Positions 1-10,824 are shown, numbered from the stretch's first letter. The stretch: DNA of 64,000 nt from Oligoflexales bacterium (GCA_965215515.1 OZ244057.1:256001-320000), one strand, 5' to 3'. The notes: a model not told the origin generated them from the sequence alone. Translations and numbers: made by a program.

Positions 1-2
1 TG

Positions 3-350
3 GAGTTTTCAGCCATAAACATTCCCCCCGACGGCAAGGGGCATACACGTGTGGAAGTGAAACTCAAAATCGGCAAGGTACTTGTCAGCGACGGCAAGTC
101 AGCGCGAGCTAGGGTCAGGTTAAGGCATTTGGTTAGAAACGCCGACGGTGGGTACATGCTGGAGGCTTTTGAGCACGGTGGCGAGGGACGCTTGTCACAC
201 GGAACGACTACTTTTCTCGTGCCTCTAGAGCCTGGCGAATCATACGTGCTGCGAGTGGAAGCTGAGATCGATAACAAGCAGATTTCAGGTCAGAGTGGTG
301 TCGTCACAGTTCCGCAGGAAGATGTGCTGGATGAAGAAGACCTTCCCTAG
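3..350 (+). CDS. Hypothetical protein, 5'-partial (frame open to the window edge)
   Basis: Frame of ORF 51..350 has no stop back to position 3; no family recognised. Confidence 0.55.
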   Translation, partial: EFSAINIPPDGKGHTRVEVKLKIGKVLVSDGKSARARVRLRHLVRNADGGYMLEAFEHGGEGRLSHGTTTFLVPLEPGESYVLRVEAEIDNKQISGQSGVVTVPQEDVLDEEDLP

Positions 351-429
351 CTGGTTTTCGTTTTTGTCAGCGGGTGTGGGAAGGAGAAAGGGAACACGGA
401 CGGCAAAGAGCAAGGCAAATAAAGTGACT

Positions 430-458
430 TTGACGCTGAGAGTGAATGCAGTTATAGT
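430..458 (+). promoter_or_regulatory. Sigma70-like promoter of the tol operon
   Basis: TTGACG (430-435), 17-nt spacer, TATAGT (453-458) just upstream of tolQ. Confidence 0.6.
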
Positions 459-476
459 TGAAGATAGCTCGGCAAA

Positions 477-1304
477 GTGATGTCTTCAATCGTCCGCAGG
501 TCAGATATGCTCAAGTTATCGCTCACATTATTGACTTCATTGTTTGTTTTCGCACCCCGCGGCTGGGCAGAAAGTAACACCCCACCGCTACTCAGCGGAG
601 TCATGTCGCATCTCGAACAGACAGGCATCGTAGTGCTGAGTGTCTTGGTAATCCTCGTGCTCGCCTCGATCAGCACATGGTCGGTCTTCTGCGCAAAGTG
701 GTTCTCGCTGCGCCGCGTCGAAAAACAAACAGCTAACTTCGTAGAAAACTTCTGGGAAAGTCGCTCGTTGAACGATCTGAACAAACGCCTGCACGACTTC
801 TCCCCCTCCCCCACCCGAGAAATTTTTCGCGTCGGCTACGCCGAACTCGTGCGCACCAGCCAAATCAAAACCCCTGAACGATCGACAACACTGGCAACGA
901 CGATCGCTATCGACAACATCAGCCGCTCGCTGCACAAAACCCGCATCGTCGAACGACGCGGTATGGAGCACCTCATCCCCCTGCTCGCCATCAGCGCCTC
1001 AGCCTGCCCCTTCATCGGCCTCTTCGGCACGGTGTGGGGTATCATGGGGGCATTTGAAGGTATCGCCATCTCAGGCGATGCCAGCCTCGCCGCCGTCGCT
1101 CCAGGTATCTCGGAAGCCCTCGTCGCCACTGCCTTCGGACTGGCAGCCGCCATCCCCGCCGCCGTCGGCTACAACCTGCTAGTGAACAAAGTGCGCGACG
1201 TACTGACCAGCGCCGAAAGCTTCAGCGCCGATTTCCTGAACATCATCGAACGTTACCTAGTGTCAGAGAAAACCGCACCGTCCGCGGACGCGGTAACCAC
1301 TTGA
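477..1304 (+). CDS. tolQ: TolQ (MotA/TolQ/ExbB proton channel)
   Basis: PFIGLFGTVWGIM and VAPGISEALVATAFGLAAAIPA motifs; first gene of a tolQRAB cluster; start may be ATG 507. Confidence 0.9.
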   Translation: MMSSIVRRSDMLKLSLTLLTSLFVFAPRGWAESNTPPLLSGVMSHLEQTGIVVLSVLVILVLASISTWSVFCAKWFSLRRVEKQTANFVENFWESRSLNDLNKRLHDFSPSPTREIFRVGYAELVRTSQIKTPERSTTLATTIAIDNISRSLHKTRIVERRGMEHLIPLLAISASACPFIGLFGTVWGIMGAFEGIAISGDASLAAVAPGISEALVATAFGLAAAIPAAVGYNLLVNKVRDVLTSAESFSADFLNIIERYLVSEKTAPSADAVTT

Positions 1305-1314
1305 GGGTGATGCC

Positions 1315-1737
1315 GTGCGTACCCCAAGTTTCCCCAACTACCCAGAAATCGACGACCTCAAAGAAATAAACGTCGTGCCGTTCGTCGATGTCATGCTGGT
1401 GTTGCTGGTAATCTTCATGGCCACCGCCCCCCTAACCGTAGGCGGCTTGACCGTTAAATTGCCCGAAAGCAGCGTTAGCAACAAGTCATTGAACACCCAA
1501 CCACTTGTAATTACAATCAAAAAAAACGGTTCTTACTTTCTTGCCCAAGAGGAAGTGAGCGGCAAAGACTTGCGCCAACGCCTCCACACGGTGCTGGAAC
1601 TGCGCCAATCACGTCGTGTCTATATTCGTGCGGATCAACGCGTCATTCATGGCAAGGTAGTACACGCCATGTCTGCGGCACGACAGGCAGGGGCAAGCGC
1701 CCTCAAAATTCTCACCAAAGTCGCACACAAACGATGA
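1315..1737 (+). CDS. tolR: TolR/ExbD family protein
   Basis: EINVVPFVDVMLVLLVIFM and VYIRAD motifs; follows tolQ. Confidence 0.9.
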   Translation: MRTPSFPNYPEIDDLKEINVVPFVDVMLVLLVIFMATAPLTVGGLTVKLPESSVSNKSLNTQPLVITIKKNGSYFLAQEEVSGKDLRQRLHTVLELRQSRRVYIRADQRVIHGKVVHAMSAARQAGASALKILTKVAHKR

Positions 1738-1794
1738 GCAGAAAAGCCGCGGCACAACCGACACAGAGCAAAAACACCCCGCGAGCACAGCACC

Positions 1795-2586
1795 ATGAAC
1801 GCGTATAACAAACTAGAAAAACACCTACTGCGCGGTAGTTTTGTGCTGTTTCTCGCCCTGCATCTCGCGGCATTGCTGGTCATCCCCCTGCTCAAGCCCG
1901 TACCCCTACCAGAAGAAATCAGTATCGATATCGATTTGCTCCCCGATCACCTCGTCCTCGCCGACACCTCTAGCACAGAAAAGCCCAAGTCGGTCAACAT
2001 GCTGCCGCAACTACCGAAAAAATTTGTGCTACAAAAACCACTACCACTACCGATTGACCCTGAACCAGCCCCCGCACAAACAAAACAACCACCAAAGCCA
2101 AAGCACAAACCCGTCGAAAATATCAGCGAACACACCACACACCGCGAAGAAAACGTGCTCAAAGTCAACGAAGCCCTACAACGCCTGGCACTAGACAAGC
2201 TACGCAGCCAAAAACGCCAGGAGAAAAAACGCACCAAAGCCCTCAGTCAAAAAATGCAAAAAGCAATCACCAACCTCAGCAAACTGAAAGGCCGCGGCAC
2301 ACTGCTCAGCAACTACCAAACGGCCTTGCGCATAGCGATCAGACGCAACTTTATCCTGCCCGATATCTACGACCTAAAGAACGCCAACATCGAGGCCAAA
2401 CTGGAAATAAGAGTCGATTCCCGCGGCAACCTGCTACAGATGCGACTGATAAAATCATCTCGTAACAAAATATTCGATGATCTCGCGATGGCAGCGGTAC
2501 GCAACAGCTCGCCTTTCCCTATACCGCCTGCCGAGCTGGTCAACAAAACAATCTACGTTAACCTTACGCCACTGATGACTGGTTAG
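1795..2586 (+). CDS. tolA: TolA/TonB-like protein
   Basis: N-terminal TM helix with His, Pro/Lys-rich linker, C-terminal SSRNKIFDDLAMAAV..SPFPIPP domain; lies between tolR and tolB. Confidence 0.75.
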   Translation: MNAYNKLEKHLLRGSFVLFLALHLAALLVIPLLKPVPLPEEISIDIDLLPDHLVLADTSSTEKPKSVNMLPQLPKKFVLQKPLPLPIDPEPAPAQTKQPPKPKHKPVENISEHTTHREENVLKVNEALQRLALDKLRSQKRQEKKRTKALSQKMQKAITNLSKLKGRGTLLSNYQTALRIAIRRNFILPDIYDLKNANIEAKLEIRVDSRGNLLQMRLIKSSRNKIFDDLAMAAVRNSSPFPIPPAELVNKTIYVNLTPLMTG

Positions 2587-2595
2587 GAGGACACC

Positions 2596-3948
2596 GTGCG
2601 CCACAACCATACGCTAGGACTGCTGCTTCTGCTGCTGCCGTTTTCTTTGCCCGCCACCCCCCTGATAGTCAACGTGGACAACCCCTCGTTCAGAAAAATC
2701 GTCACCGCAGTGCCACACTTTCACGTACAGACCAAGCAACAAGACAGCGCTGCCCTCGCACAATGGGCACAACAACGCTTGCGCAGCCTGCTGGAATTCA
2801 GCCGCCTGTTCAACGTCAGGCGCGGTAAAGCTTACGAAAACACCACCCTGCCCTTGACCAGCTTCCGCAAACTCGGCGTTGAAACACTGGTGCAAGGAAC
2901 ACTCAGCACAGGCAAAGACAAAAAAAACCTCAGCCTGCAACTCAACACGCTCGATATCAAACGTAAAACAACCATCATCACCAAAACATACCCCCGCGTG
3001 TCTCGTACCAACATCGATGCCGTGCTACGTGACTACGGCGACAAAGTACTCAAAACTTACACCCGCAAATCTGGTTTGTTTTTTTCTAAAATTACCTTTG
3101 TCGGCAAGAAAACTAAGCAAGACTACAAACAGATCTACACGATGGATTTTGATGGCGGCAATCTCACGCAGATTACCCGCACCCCCGCCCACCATCTGTC
3201 GCCTGCCTGGAGTCCTGATGGTCGTTATCTCGTCTATACTTCGTTTGAAGATGGCAATCCTGACTTGTTTATTTACGACCACGTGCACCAGACCCATAAC
3301 AAGCTCTCAGGTCGGGCGGGGATTAACAGCGGTGGGTATTTCGCTCATACAGGCGACATCGTCGCGTTCACGGGCTCGCAACGAGGTGACACGGACATCT
3401 ACGTCATCGATCGGCGCGGAACGTCACGACAACGCCTAATCAAAGGGATGGGTCTCGATGTCGATCCTGCCTTCTCGCCTGATGGCAAGTGGTTGGCATT
3501 CGTCTCAGGGCGGTATGGCAACCCGCACATCTTTAGAGCAACCTTGCAGTGGAATATGGATCGATTGCGCGTGACGGACGACAAACGCTTGACCTACGCG
3601 GGCTGGTACAATGCCAACCCAGCCTGGTCACCAGACTCACGCAAAATCGCTTTCGCAGGCTACGATCGCGATATCGATCGGTTCGACATCTTCCTGATGA
3701 ACGCAGATGGCTCACACCTCGAACGCATGACCCTCAACAACGGCGATAACGAGAGTCCTTCGTGGTCGCCCAACGGCATGTTATTGGTCTTTTTTTCCAC
3801 CCGCACCGCGCACCGCAAACGCAAAGGAGCGGCACAGCTTTATCTCATGAACCGTGACGGCAGCATGCAACGCAAGCTATCCACAGGCTTATACAGTGCT
3901 CAAACCCCTCGCTGGAGCAACAATACCAACAGTCTTGCGCAACCTTAG
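2596..3948 (+). CDS. tolB: TolB beta-propeller protein
   Basis: Signal peptide and multiple PD40 repeats (SPAWSPDG, DPAFSPDG, NPAWSPD, SPSWSPNG). Confidence 0.9.
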   Translation: MRHNHTLGLLLLLLPFSLPATPLIVNVDNPSFRKIVTAVPHFHVQTKQQDSAALAQWAQQRLRSLLEFSRLFNVRRGKAYENTTLPLTSFRKLGVETLVQGTLSTGKDKKNLSLQLNTLDIKRKTTIITKTYPRVSRTNIDAVLRDYGDKVLKTYTRKSGLFFSKITFVGKKTKQDYKQIYTMDFDGGNLTQITRTPAHHLSPAWSPDGRYLVYTSFEDGNPDLFIYDHVHQTHNKLSGRAGINSGGYFAHTGDIVAFTGSQRGDTDIYVIDRRGTSRQRLIKGMGLDVDPAFSPDGKWLAFVSGRYGNPHIFRATLQWNMDRLRVTDDKRLTYAGWYNANPAWSPDSRKIAFAGYDRDIDRFDIFLMNADGSHLERMTLNNGDNESPSWSPNGMLLVFFSTRTAHRKRKGAAQLYLMNRDGSMQRKLSTGLYSAQTPRWSNNTNSLAQP

Positions 3949-3951
3949 CCC

Positions 3952-4485
3952 ATGCGCTTGCTGCTGACAACACTGTGTGCTTGGTGGTGCAGTGCCTACA
4001 CCCTAGGCGATCGCCTGTTGCTGCAAGTCAATGATCGCAGTTTCACTCAACGTCAGCTAGAGGCACACATACTGGTGAGGGAGGCATTACGAGTTACACC
4101 TCAACCCGCGGCTATCTCGGCACAGAGGTGGCGCGCCCTGCTGGACACGTTTCGGGAAGACATGCTCATCCTGTCGGAATTGGAACGTTACGATCGCTAC
4201 CTTCCCCGCGCCGCGGACATCGAGACGGCTGAGCACTATGTGCTACAGAAACGTACCGCACTGCAAGCTGACTTCGTACGCCTCGGCATCGACGACGACA
4301 TGTTGCGCAAGTTAATCGTCACCAACCTGAAGATAAACTCCTACCGCCGCGTCCAGAGTAAAAATACCACCACCGCAACAAGTTGGCTGCGAAAGATAGA
4401 ACGACGCAATGCCGTGCGCTTCTACCGTGGTAGTTCCCTGTGGATGCCGATCCATCCCCAATGGCGCGACCCTGCCACACGTTAA
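3952..4485 (+). CDS. Hypothetical exported protein, weakly SurA N-domain-like
   Basis: Signal-like N-terminus, DRLLLQVND motif, helical body; 3 nt after tolB. Confidence 0.5.
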   Translation: MRLLLTTLCAWWCSAYTLGDRLLLQVNDRSFTQRQLEAHILVREALRVTPQPAAISAQRWRALLDTFREDMLILSELERYDRYLPRAADIETAEHYVLQKRTALQADFVRLGIDDDMLRKLIVTNLKINSYRRVQSKNTTTATSWLRKIERRNAVRFYRGSSLWMPIHPQWRDPATR

Positions 4486-4553
4486 TTTGCAAGACCACCT
4501 GATCTGTTGTAGGATGGAGATATAATTGCGATAACAGTGAGGGAGAATACGCC

Positions 4554-5339
4554 ATGTGCCGATGGTTGCCTGTGTGTGCCGCACTCCTGCTGGTCTACGC
4601 CGCTCGTGCCGTGTCCGAAGACCACGAGCGCTGGTATATTGTCTCTATGGGTGATTCGATAACCGCGGGTTTCAACACCCGCTGGCCTGGCGACTTCCAT
4701 AACGCCCGCTACAACTGGTCGACGGGTAGCTCAAAACGCGTAGACAGCCATTTTAAAAAACTCAAAAAAATAACCTCCAAAGATGTAAGAGCCACCAACG
4801 TCGCCAAATCACGAGCAACATCACATGAGCTAGCCCTGCAATGGCGCAGGATCGAGACACCGACCATAGATTATCTGACGCTGTTGATCGGTGCTAACGA
4901 TGTCTGTAGTTGGACTGACGAATACACCGAAGACAAGCACAGATTCCGCGACAACGTAAGAAACATTATCGACAAAGCTATCGCCGTTAACACCGATGTG
5001 CAGATTTTGCTAGCCGCCATTCCCAACATGTACCACCTTTACGAACAGGGCAAAAACAGCTGCGGGGTACGGTGGGATTATTTCGAGGCCTGCCCCAGCC
5101 TCCTGAGTTCCAGACGCACCGACGCACAACGCTTGGCGTTTCAAGAACGCCTTCTCGCAGCCAACGAGACGTTGGCTGCGATTGCCTCCCATTACAGGGC
5201 AAACGTAAAATTCATCGGCGAAGTCTTTGCTTTCGAGTTCACCATGCAACACGTCTCCCGCATCGACTGTTTCCACCCCTCGATCAGGGGACAAAACACG
5301 CTGGCGCGCATTACGTGGGAGAACGGCTGGTACAGATAG
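4554..5339 (+). CDS. SGNH/GDSL hydrolase, secreted
   Basis: GDSITAG block I, IGANDVC block III, DCFHPS block V. Confidence 0.9.
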   Translation: MCRWLPVCAALLLVYAARAVSEDHERWYIVSMGDSITAGFNTRWPGDFHNARYNWSTGSSKRVDSHFKKLKKITSKDVRATNVAKSRATSHELALQWRRIETPTIDYLTLLIGANDVCSWTDEYTEDKHRFRDNVRNIIDKAIAVNTDVQILLAAIPNMYHLYEQGKNSCGVRWDYFEACPSLLSSRRTDAQRLAFQERLLAANETLAAIASHYRANVKFIGEVFAFEFTMQHVSRIDCFHPSIRGQNTLARITWENGWYR

Positions 5340-5386
5340 GAGTAGGAGATCTTGTGCGGCCAGAGGGAGGCCGAACACATACCGAA

Positions 5387-5460
5387 AGCGGGCAAAGGGA
5401 CTCGAACCCTCGACCTTCGCGATGGCAACGCGACGCTCTAGCCAACTGAGCTACGCCCGC
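5387..5460 (-). tRNA. tRNA-Gly(GCC)
   Basis: Reverse complement GCGGGCGTAGCTCAGTTGG...; anticodon arm TCGCG-TTGCCAT-CGCGA; GGTTCGAGTCC T-arm; CCA not encoded. Confidence 0.95.
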
Positions 5461-5581
5461 AGAAAAGCCGCATTCTACATGACTGTCTGTCTGTGTCAAG
5501 AAATCTCGCTCCGCCCTGACTCTTCGCCCCAGTTGCGCGGCGAAGTGTGGTAGGATAAACGGATAGAAGGAGGGAGAAGCG

Positions 5582-6235
5582 ATGCTTGACTTCGATATCG
5601 TGCAGGAGTTACTGGCTCTCAGTCTGGTGGGCACTGAATGGGTGCTGTGGTTATTGGTATTGCTCAGCGTCGTCTCGGTGTCGGTCATGCTGGAGCGCTT
5701 TTGGTGCTTCTATCGCCTGCGACTCGACATGCGCCCCTTCACGCACGAATTGACCCGCTGCTTGCGCAACGGCGAATACGAGCGGGCGATCGCCTTGTGC
5801 GAGCACAGCGAGGCCCCAGAAAGACAAGTCGCCTTGGCAGCCTTCCGCAATCGTGGGCGGGGCACAAAGGCAGTCGAGCAGAGCATGCTCAATATCCTGA
5901 TAAGTCAGCGACAACGCCTCGATCGCGGTCTCGTCGTGCTCGGCACGCTGGGCAACAACGCACCCTTCATCGGTCTATTCGGCACAGTGCTGGGTATTAT
6001 TCAGGCTTTCAACGACCTCTCCCACAACCCCGAAGGAGGCGTGCCTGTCGTGATGGCTGGCATCTCCGAAGCATTGGTCGCTACGGCAGTCGGCCTGCTG
6101 GTGGCGATACCCGCGGTTATCGCTTTTAATGGGTTACAAAGACTGGTAAAAAGAAAAGTCGCCAATGCCGACGCGGTGATGAAGTTGGTGTTGACCCACG
6201 ACGCGGCTACCGCCCCGACGAAGACGGCTGACTGA
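5582..6235 (+). CDS. Second MotA/TolQ/ExbB family protein (no adjacent ExbD)
   Basis: LGNNAPFIGLFGTVLGII and GISEALVATAVGLLVAIPA motifs. Confidence 0.9.
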   Translation: MLDFDIVQELLALSLVGTEWVLWLLVLLSVVSVSVMLERFWCFYRLRLDMRPFTHELTRCLRNGEYERAIALCEHSEAPERQVALAAFRNRGRGTKAVEQSMLNILISQRQRLDRGLVVLGTLGNNAPFIGLFGTVLGIIQAFNDLSHNPEGGVPVVMAGISEALVATAVGLLVAIPAVIAFNGLQRLVKRKVANADAVMKLVLTHDAATAPTKTAD

Positions 6236-6236
6236 G

Positions 6237-7649
6237 ATGGACACCCCTCTCGACACACCTATCGATAGAGATGCTTGCTACCAGATTGTGCACGATCAAC
6301 TGTTTCCCCTTTGCCGAGCAGAGGGAGATCTTGTCGGCATCGAGATCGAAGCGATCACCGCACAGATTACCCCCGCCTCTCTGCCTGCGGTAGTGCCGTT
6401 CTTCAACCCCAAAGGAAAAGGACTGCGCACAGTACTGCGTGATCTAGCGCAGCAAGAAGGCTGGTCTGATGCCTACGAAGGCGACGAACTCCTGTCCAAA
6501 GAGGCACTCAAGCTTAATTGGGGAGACAGCGGCGACAGTCTTACCTTCGAGCCTGGCGGGCAGATAGAGTATTCCTCCGCCCCGCACCGCGACGTGTCTA
6601 CCGTGTTACGACGCAGCCAGGAGGTGCAAGAGCAGCTCGCCGCCCATCTCGCGCAACACTCCATCCAGCTGCTACGGATAGGCATTAACCCTTGGCATAC
6701 CGTTGCCGAAATCGGTTTGCAGATTCCCAAAACCGCCTATCTGTTACTCGATCACCATTTTGGGAATTTCTCCCCCATCGGCAGACGCATGATGCAGCAG
6801 ACCTGTACCCAACAGCTCAACCTCGACTGCGGTGCGCATGACGAGCTGGTGGCGAAGCGTTATCTCGTGTGTAATTTACTCGCTCCCTACGGCGCGGCGA
6901 TGTTTGCCAATTCAGGTGTCTGGGATCGCCAACACATGGGCCTGCGCGGTTTTCGCACCCACATTTGGCGGGAACTCGACCGCAGCCGTACGGGTTTTCC
7001 CGACCTCAGGGGTGTAGCACGAGAGCGTAGCCGTGCTGCCTGTGCCCAGGCCTACGTGGATTTTGCTCTGCAAGCCCTGATCGTGCACCTCAGCAACAGC
7101 CCTAGCCGCGGCATCACCTTTCAGGACTGGCTCGATGCGGGCATAGAGGGTAAACGTCCGACCGTGAGAGATTTTCAAGACCACCTCTATACGCTTTTCC
7201 CCGAAGTGCGGCCACGCGGCTATCTTGAGCTACGTTCGCTCGACTGCCAGCTACTCGGCTGGCAACATGCACCCGTAGCCTTCTATCTGGGCATCGTCTA
7301 CCACCCTACTCATCTCGATCGGGCGCTCGACGAGCTGTTGCCCGAACTCGGTCAGCAGGAGAAGATGATGCACCTCGCCTGTCACGGTCTGGCACAGAGG
7401 GATGAAAATTTTCACCAGCGTCTGTGCTGGTTGGCGGAGTTGGCTATCACAGGCATGGGCACTCTGCCGCCACGCTTACGCTGTGCTGACGCACAAAAAC
7501 GGCTGCAATTTTTTTTCGAACACTTTACCCTGCAAAGCAAAACGCCAGCTGCCGATATGCAGCTGCTGGCAAAAAACAGCGATGCGGATTATCTTTGCCC
7601 CGCGCAGCTCTCGCGGTTGGAGGCAACGTGGGTTGCGCGGCTGGCGTGA
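6237..7649 (+). CDS. Glutamate--cysteine ligase, GCS2 family (plant GshA/EgtA-like)
   Basis: GIEIE, TFEPGGQIEYS, QLNLD, FANS, TLFPEVRPRGYLELRSLD motifs. Confidence 0.85.
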   Translation: MDTPLDTPIDRDACYQIVHDQLFPLCRAEGDLVGIEIEAITAQITPASLPAVVPFFNPKGKGLRTVLRDLAQQEGWSDAYEGDELLSKEALKLNWGDSGDSLTFEPGGQIEYSSAPHRDVSTVLRRSQEVQEQLAAHLAQHSIQLLRIGINPWHTVAEIGLQIPKTAYLLLDHHFGNFSPIGRRMMQQTCTQQLNLDCGAHDELVAKRYLVCNLLAPYGAAMFANSGVWDRQHMGLRGFRTHIWRELDRSRTGFPDLRGVARERSRAACAQAYVDFALQALIVHLSNSPSRGITFQDWLDAGIEGKRPTVRDFQDHLYTLFPEVRPRGYLELRSLDCQLLGWQHAPVAFYLGIVYHPTHLDRALDELLPELGQQEKMMHLACHGLAQRDENFHQRLCWLAELAITGMGTLPPRLRCADAQKRLQFFFEHFTLQSKTPAADMQLLAKNSDADYLCPAQLSRLEATWVARLA

Positions 7650-7667
7650 CAGAGGAGAACGGACACA

Positions 7668-10600
7668 GTGCAAGACCCGCACGACGGAGAGACAGGCAAG
7701 CAAGAGACCAGCGATGACGAGCAGGAGCAGGCATCCGCACTGCTCGCGACGCTCAGCGACGCACCGACTCCGTATCCAGAGATCTCCTACGGGGCACAGA
7801 AAAGCGGCGGTGAACTGGCCGCCTACATCGAGGAGGTTTCCGACACGGTGCGCATCGGTTTCGATCAGAGTATCGCTATCCTCTCTCCCTGGTTTTTCAA
7901 TAACATGCCCCATGTCTATTATCAGACGACACCGAAAGCCGAGAAGATCAAGCATCTATCGACGATTATTACGGGGCATGTCTTTGAGACCAAACAGACG
8001 GTCGAGTTGTGGAATAGGCATCGCAACAAAGTAACCTACATCGGGCCTGGTAACGACCGTCAAATTACCCTCGATATGGCGCATCGCCTAGCTTCCATCA
8101 AACTCGATATCAAGATGGGTTTTCTCTATTTTTCCCGCGACCATCTGCTTTTTTTGTCCTCTTTCTTTTGTCAAAAACGCAAACCAGTCGATCACAACAA
8201 CCCTCGTATCACCGAAAAAATAGACAAGGCAGCCCGTCTTTTGCTGGCAGAATCCCCCCACAATAAGGATAGCGTGAATTATTTTGTGCAAAATCTTGAC
8301 AACGACTTTGTCATGTATGCAACGGTCTCACGTATTCAGCTTACCTATCGCATGGTGCAATTCATGTTGCACCATGAAGGTGCGCATACGACCGTCTATC
8401 GTCTCAAGGACACATCGCAAATAAGCTTGACCTTAGGCACGAAAGGGGTAGATATTTCCAAAATATTGGAACAAATTCTCAACCTCATTCATCGCTACGG
8501 TTTCGCTATTGTGCGGGCTTTCTTGGTCAATTTTAACGAGGTTTGGAAAGAGCCGATTTCAGTTATCAACTTCGCCTTAAGTATCGAGTCATCGCGACAG
8601 AAGGAGGGCGAAGAGGTCTCGTTACTCAAACTGAACAAAGCCTTGCGCACACTGGGATGGGTAGACAACGATGAGTATACTGATTTCAGCAAAGATCGCT
8701 GGAATTTTTCTATCAACTCGATCAATCTCGTGCGTGCGATCGCACAGTGGATACATATCTTATTGGGAAAACGTAATCACTACTACTATTCGCAGTATAA
8801 GATCCGCGAGACTTTCTTTAAACATGCTGAATTGCTTAAGGGGGCGGTGGCGCTGTTTCGTTTGCGTTTCGACCCTCTCAACGTGCGTGCCCAAGCGGAT
8901 GAGCAGTATGAGCGTGACAAACAAACCTTGCTAGCTAAGATCAGCAAAATTATCGACGAAGTTGAACAAACAATTCTCGTCGAGTGTGTGCATTTTATCG
9001 ACAATATTTTAAAAACCAATTATTTTTTGCACACCAAGACAGGGCTTGCTTTTCGTCTTGCCCCGCAGATTCTTGATAAAAAATACTACCCTCACGAGCC
9101 GTTTGGAATTTTTTACATCGTCGGCATAGGTTATCGTTTTTTTCACGTGCGTTGGAAAGACATCTCTCGTGGCGGTGTCCGAGTGATTATCTCGAAGAAT
9201 GTCTCCGATGCTGACTTTGCCTTGTCAGGTCTGTTCGATGAGGTTTACGGACTTAGTCATGCCCAACAGTTGAAAAACAAAGACATTCCTGAAGGTGGTT
9301 CCAAGGGAGTCTTGTTGGTCAGGCCTGGCACTGACAAGGATCGTGCTCTGCGGGGAGCGATCAATGCTTTTCTTGATTTGCTCGTGCCTACCGACGAAGC
9401 GCGTGAAGCCTCGTCTTCGCAACAGGTCAGGTATTATGAGGCCGATGAGATAATATATTTGGGGCCTGATGAGAATGTTTCCGAGGATTTGATCGAGTGG
9501 ATTGCAGAACAGGCAAGAAGACGCGGCTACCGCTATGCTAGTGCTTTTGTTTCCAGCAAACCTGAGAACGGCATCAACCACAAACGTTATGGCGTGACCA
9601 GCGAAGGGGTCAATGTTTTTGTCGGGCACACTCTGCGGCATCTCGGTATCGATTTAAAAAAACAAAACTTCAGCATCACGATGATGGGCGGCCCCGATGG
9701 CGATGTGGCAGGCAATGAACTAAAAATTCTGCACCGTGAGTATGGTGATAGGGCACGGGTTAAGGTGGTTGCGGATGGCAAGGGGGTGGCCTACGATCCT
9801 AACGGTTTGGCCTGGCAGGAGTTGTTGCGTCTGTGCGCAGAGAGTGTCTCTATTGTCAACTTCAATCCCCAGTATTTGCGCAGTGCGGGGGCGTTCGTGC
9901 GGGAAGCGGACACGGCGGAGAACATCGCCACCCGTAACGAGTTGCCGTTACAGGCCGAGGCGGATATTTTTATCCCTGCGGGGGGTAGGCCTTATACGAT
10001 CAGCAGCAAAAACTGGCGTTTGTTCCTCAACGAGGACGAGCGACCGACAAAGAAAGCTATCATCGAGGGAGCGAACATTTTTTTCACCAGCTCGGCACGC
10101 GATGCGCTGCAAGAACATGGTATCTTGATTATCAAGGATTCCAGTGCCAACAAAGGTGGGGTGATCTGCTCTTCGTATGAGGTGCTTGCCTCATTGCTGT
10201 TGTCGGCGCAGGAATTCCGTGCGCTCAAAGAGCTCTACGTGCAGCAGGTAGTAAAAATTTTACAAGGCAAGGCTGCCAGCGAAGCGCGCTTGTTGTTTCG
10301 GGAGTATGTTGCCCACGGTCGTCAGAAAAACCTCGTCGCCATCTCGATGGAAATTTCCGCACAAATTAACAGCGTCAAGGGTGCGCTGCTTGAATATTTT
10401 CTCGCCCATCCATCCGAGTTAGAAGAAAACCGCATTTATCAAAAAATGATCCTCGCCAATTGTCCCCCCATTTTGGTAAAAAAGTATGCTAACCGTATTT
10501 TGCACGATCTTCCCTCAGCCCACAAGATTGCCTTACTCGCCTCCGCGATCGCCAGCAATATCATCTACCGCGAGGGGATCGATTGGATCGACAGTTTATC

Positions 10601-10775
10601 GGTTGACGATCGTTTGCGTGTTGCACTGGCTTATGTCAATCAAGAACAAATGACCGCTGATCTCGTTGCCCAAGTGGAAGCCTCTGCCATGCAGGACAAA
10701 GACAAAATCGCCAACGTCTTGCGCATGGGGGCAACCCGTAACCTCACCATGTTGGAGATAATCGATCAGCTGTAG
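7668..10775 (+). CDS. Large NAD-specific glutamate dehydrogenase
   Basis: DISRGGVR, KNKDIPEGGSKG, YLGPDEN, GGPDGDVAGN, EGANIF, SANKGGVICSSYE motifs. Confidence 0.92.
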   Translation: MQDPHDGETGKQETSDDEQEQASALLATLSDAPTPYPEISYGAQKSGGELAAYIEEVSDTVRIGFDQSIAILSPWFFNNMPHVYYQTTPKAEKIKHLSTIITGHVFETKQTVELWNRHRNKVTYIGPGNDRQITLDMAHRLASIKLDIKMGFLYFSRDHLLFLSSFFCQKRKPVDHNNPRITEKIDKAARLLLAESPHNKDSVNYFVQNLDNDFVMYATVSRIQLTYRMVQFMLHHEGAHTTVYRLKDTSQISLTLGTKGVDISKILEQILNLIHRYGFAIVRAFLVNFNEVWKEPISVINFALSIESSRQKEGEEVSLLKLNKALRTLGWVDNDEYTDFSKDRWNFSINSINLVRAIAQWIHILLGKRNHYYYSQYKIRETFFKHAELLKGAVALFRLRFDPLNVRAQADEQYERDKQTLLAKISKIIDEVEQTILVECVHFIDNILKTNYFLHTKTGLAFRLAPQILDKKYYPHEPFGIFYIVGIGYRFFHVRWKDISRGGVRVIISKNVSDADFALSGLFDEVYGLSHAQQLKNKDIPEGGSKGVLLVRPGTDKDRALRGAINAFLDLLVPTDEAREASSSQQVRYYEADEIIYLGPDENVSEDLIEWIAEQARRRGYRYASAFVSSKPENGINHKRYGVTSEGVNVFVGHTLRHLGIDLKKQNFSITMMGGPDGDVAGNELKILHREYGDRARVKVVADGKGVAYDPNGLAWQELLRLCAESVSIVNFNPQYLRSAGAFVREADTAENIATRNELPLQAEADIFIPAGGRPYTISSKNWRLFLNEDERPTKKAIIEGANIFFTSSARDALQEHGILIIKDSSANKGGVICSSYEVLASLLLSAQEFRALKELYVQQVVKILQGKAASEARLLFREYVAHGRQKNLVAISMEISAQINSVKGALLEYFLAHPSELEENRIYQKMILANCPPILVKKYANRILHDLPSAHKIALLASAIASNIIYREGIDWIDSLSVDDRLRVALAYVNQEQMTADLVAQVEASAMQDKDKIANVLRMGATRNLTMLEIIDQL

Positions 10776-10824
10776 AGGACGGGTAATCTGCGGTGCGGTA
10801 CTAACTTTCTGCGCTGATCCAGCC

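Noticed and set aside
600..3100. Strong C/A-rich strand skew in tolQRA (also 35100-35570)
   Set aside because: Plausibly codon and strand bias plus Pro/Lys/Gln-rich content; cannot be quantified here
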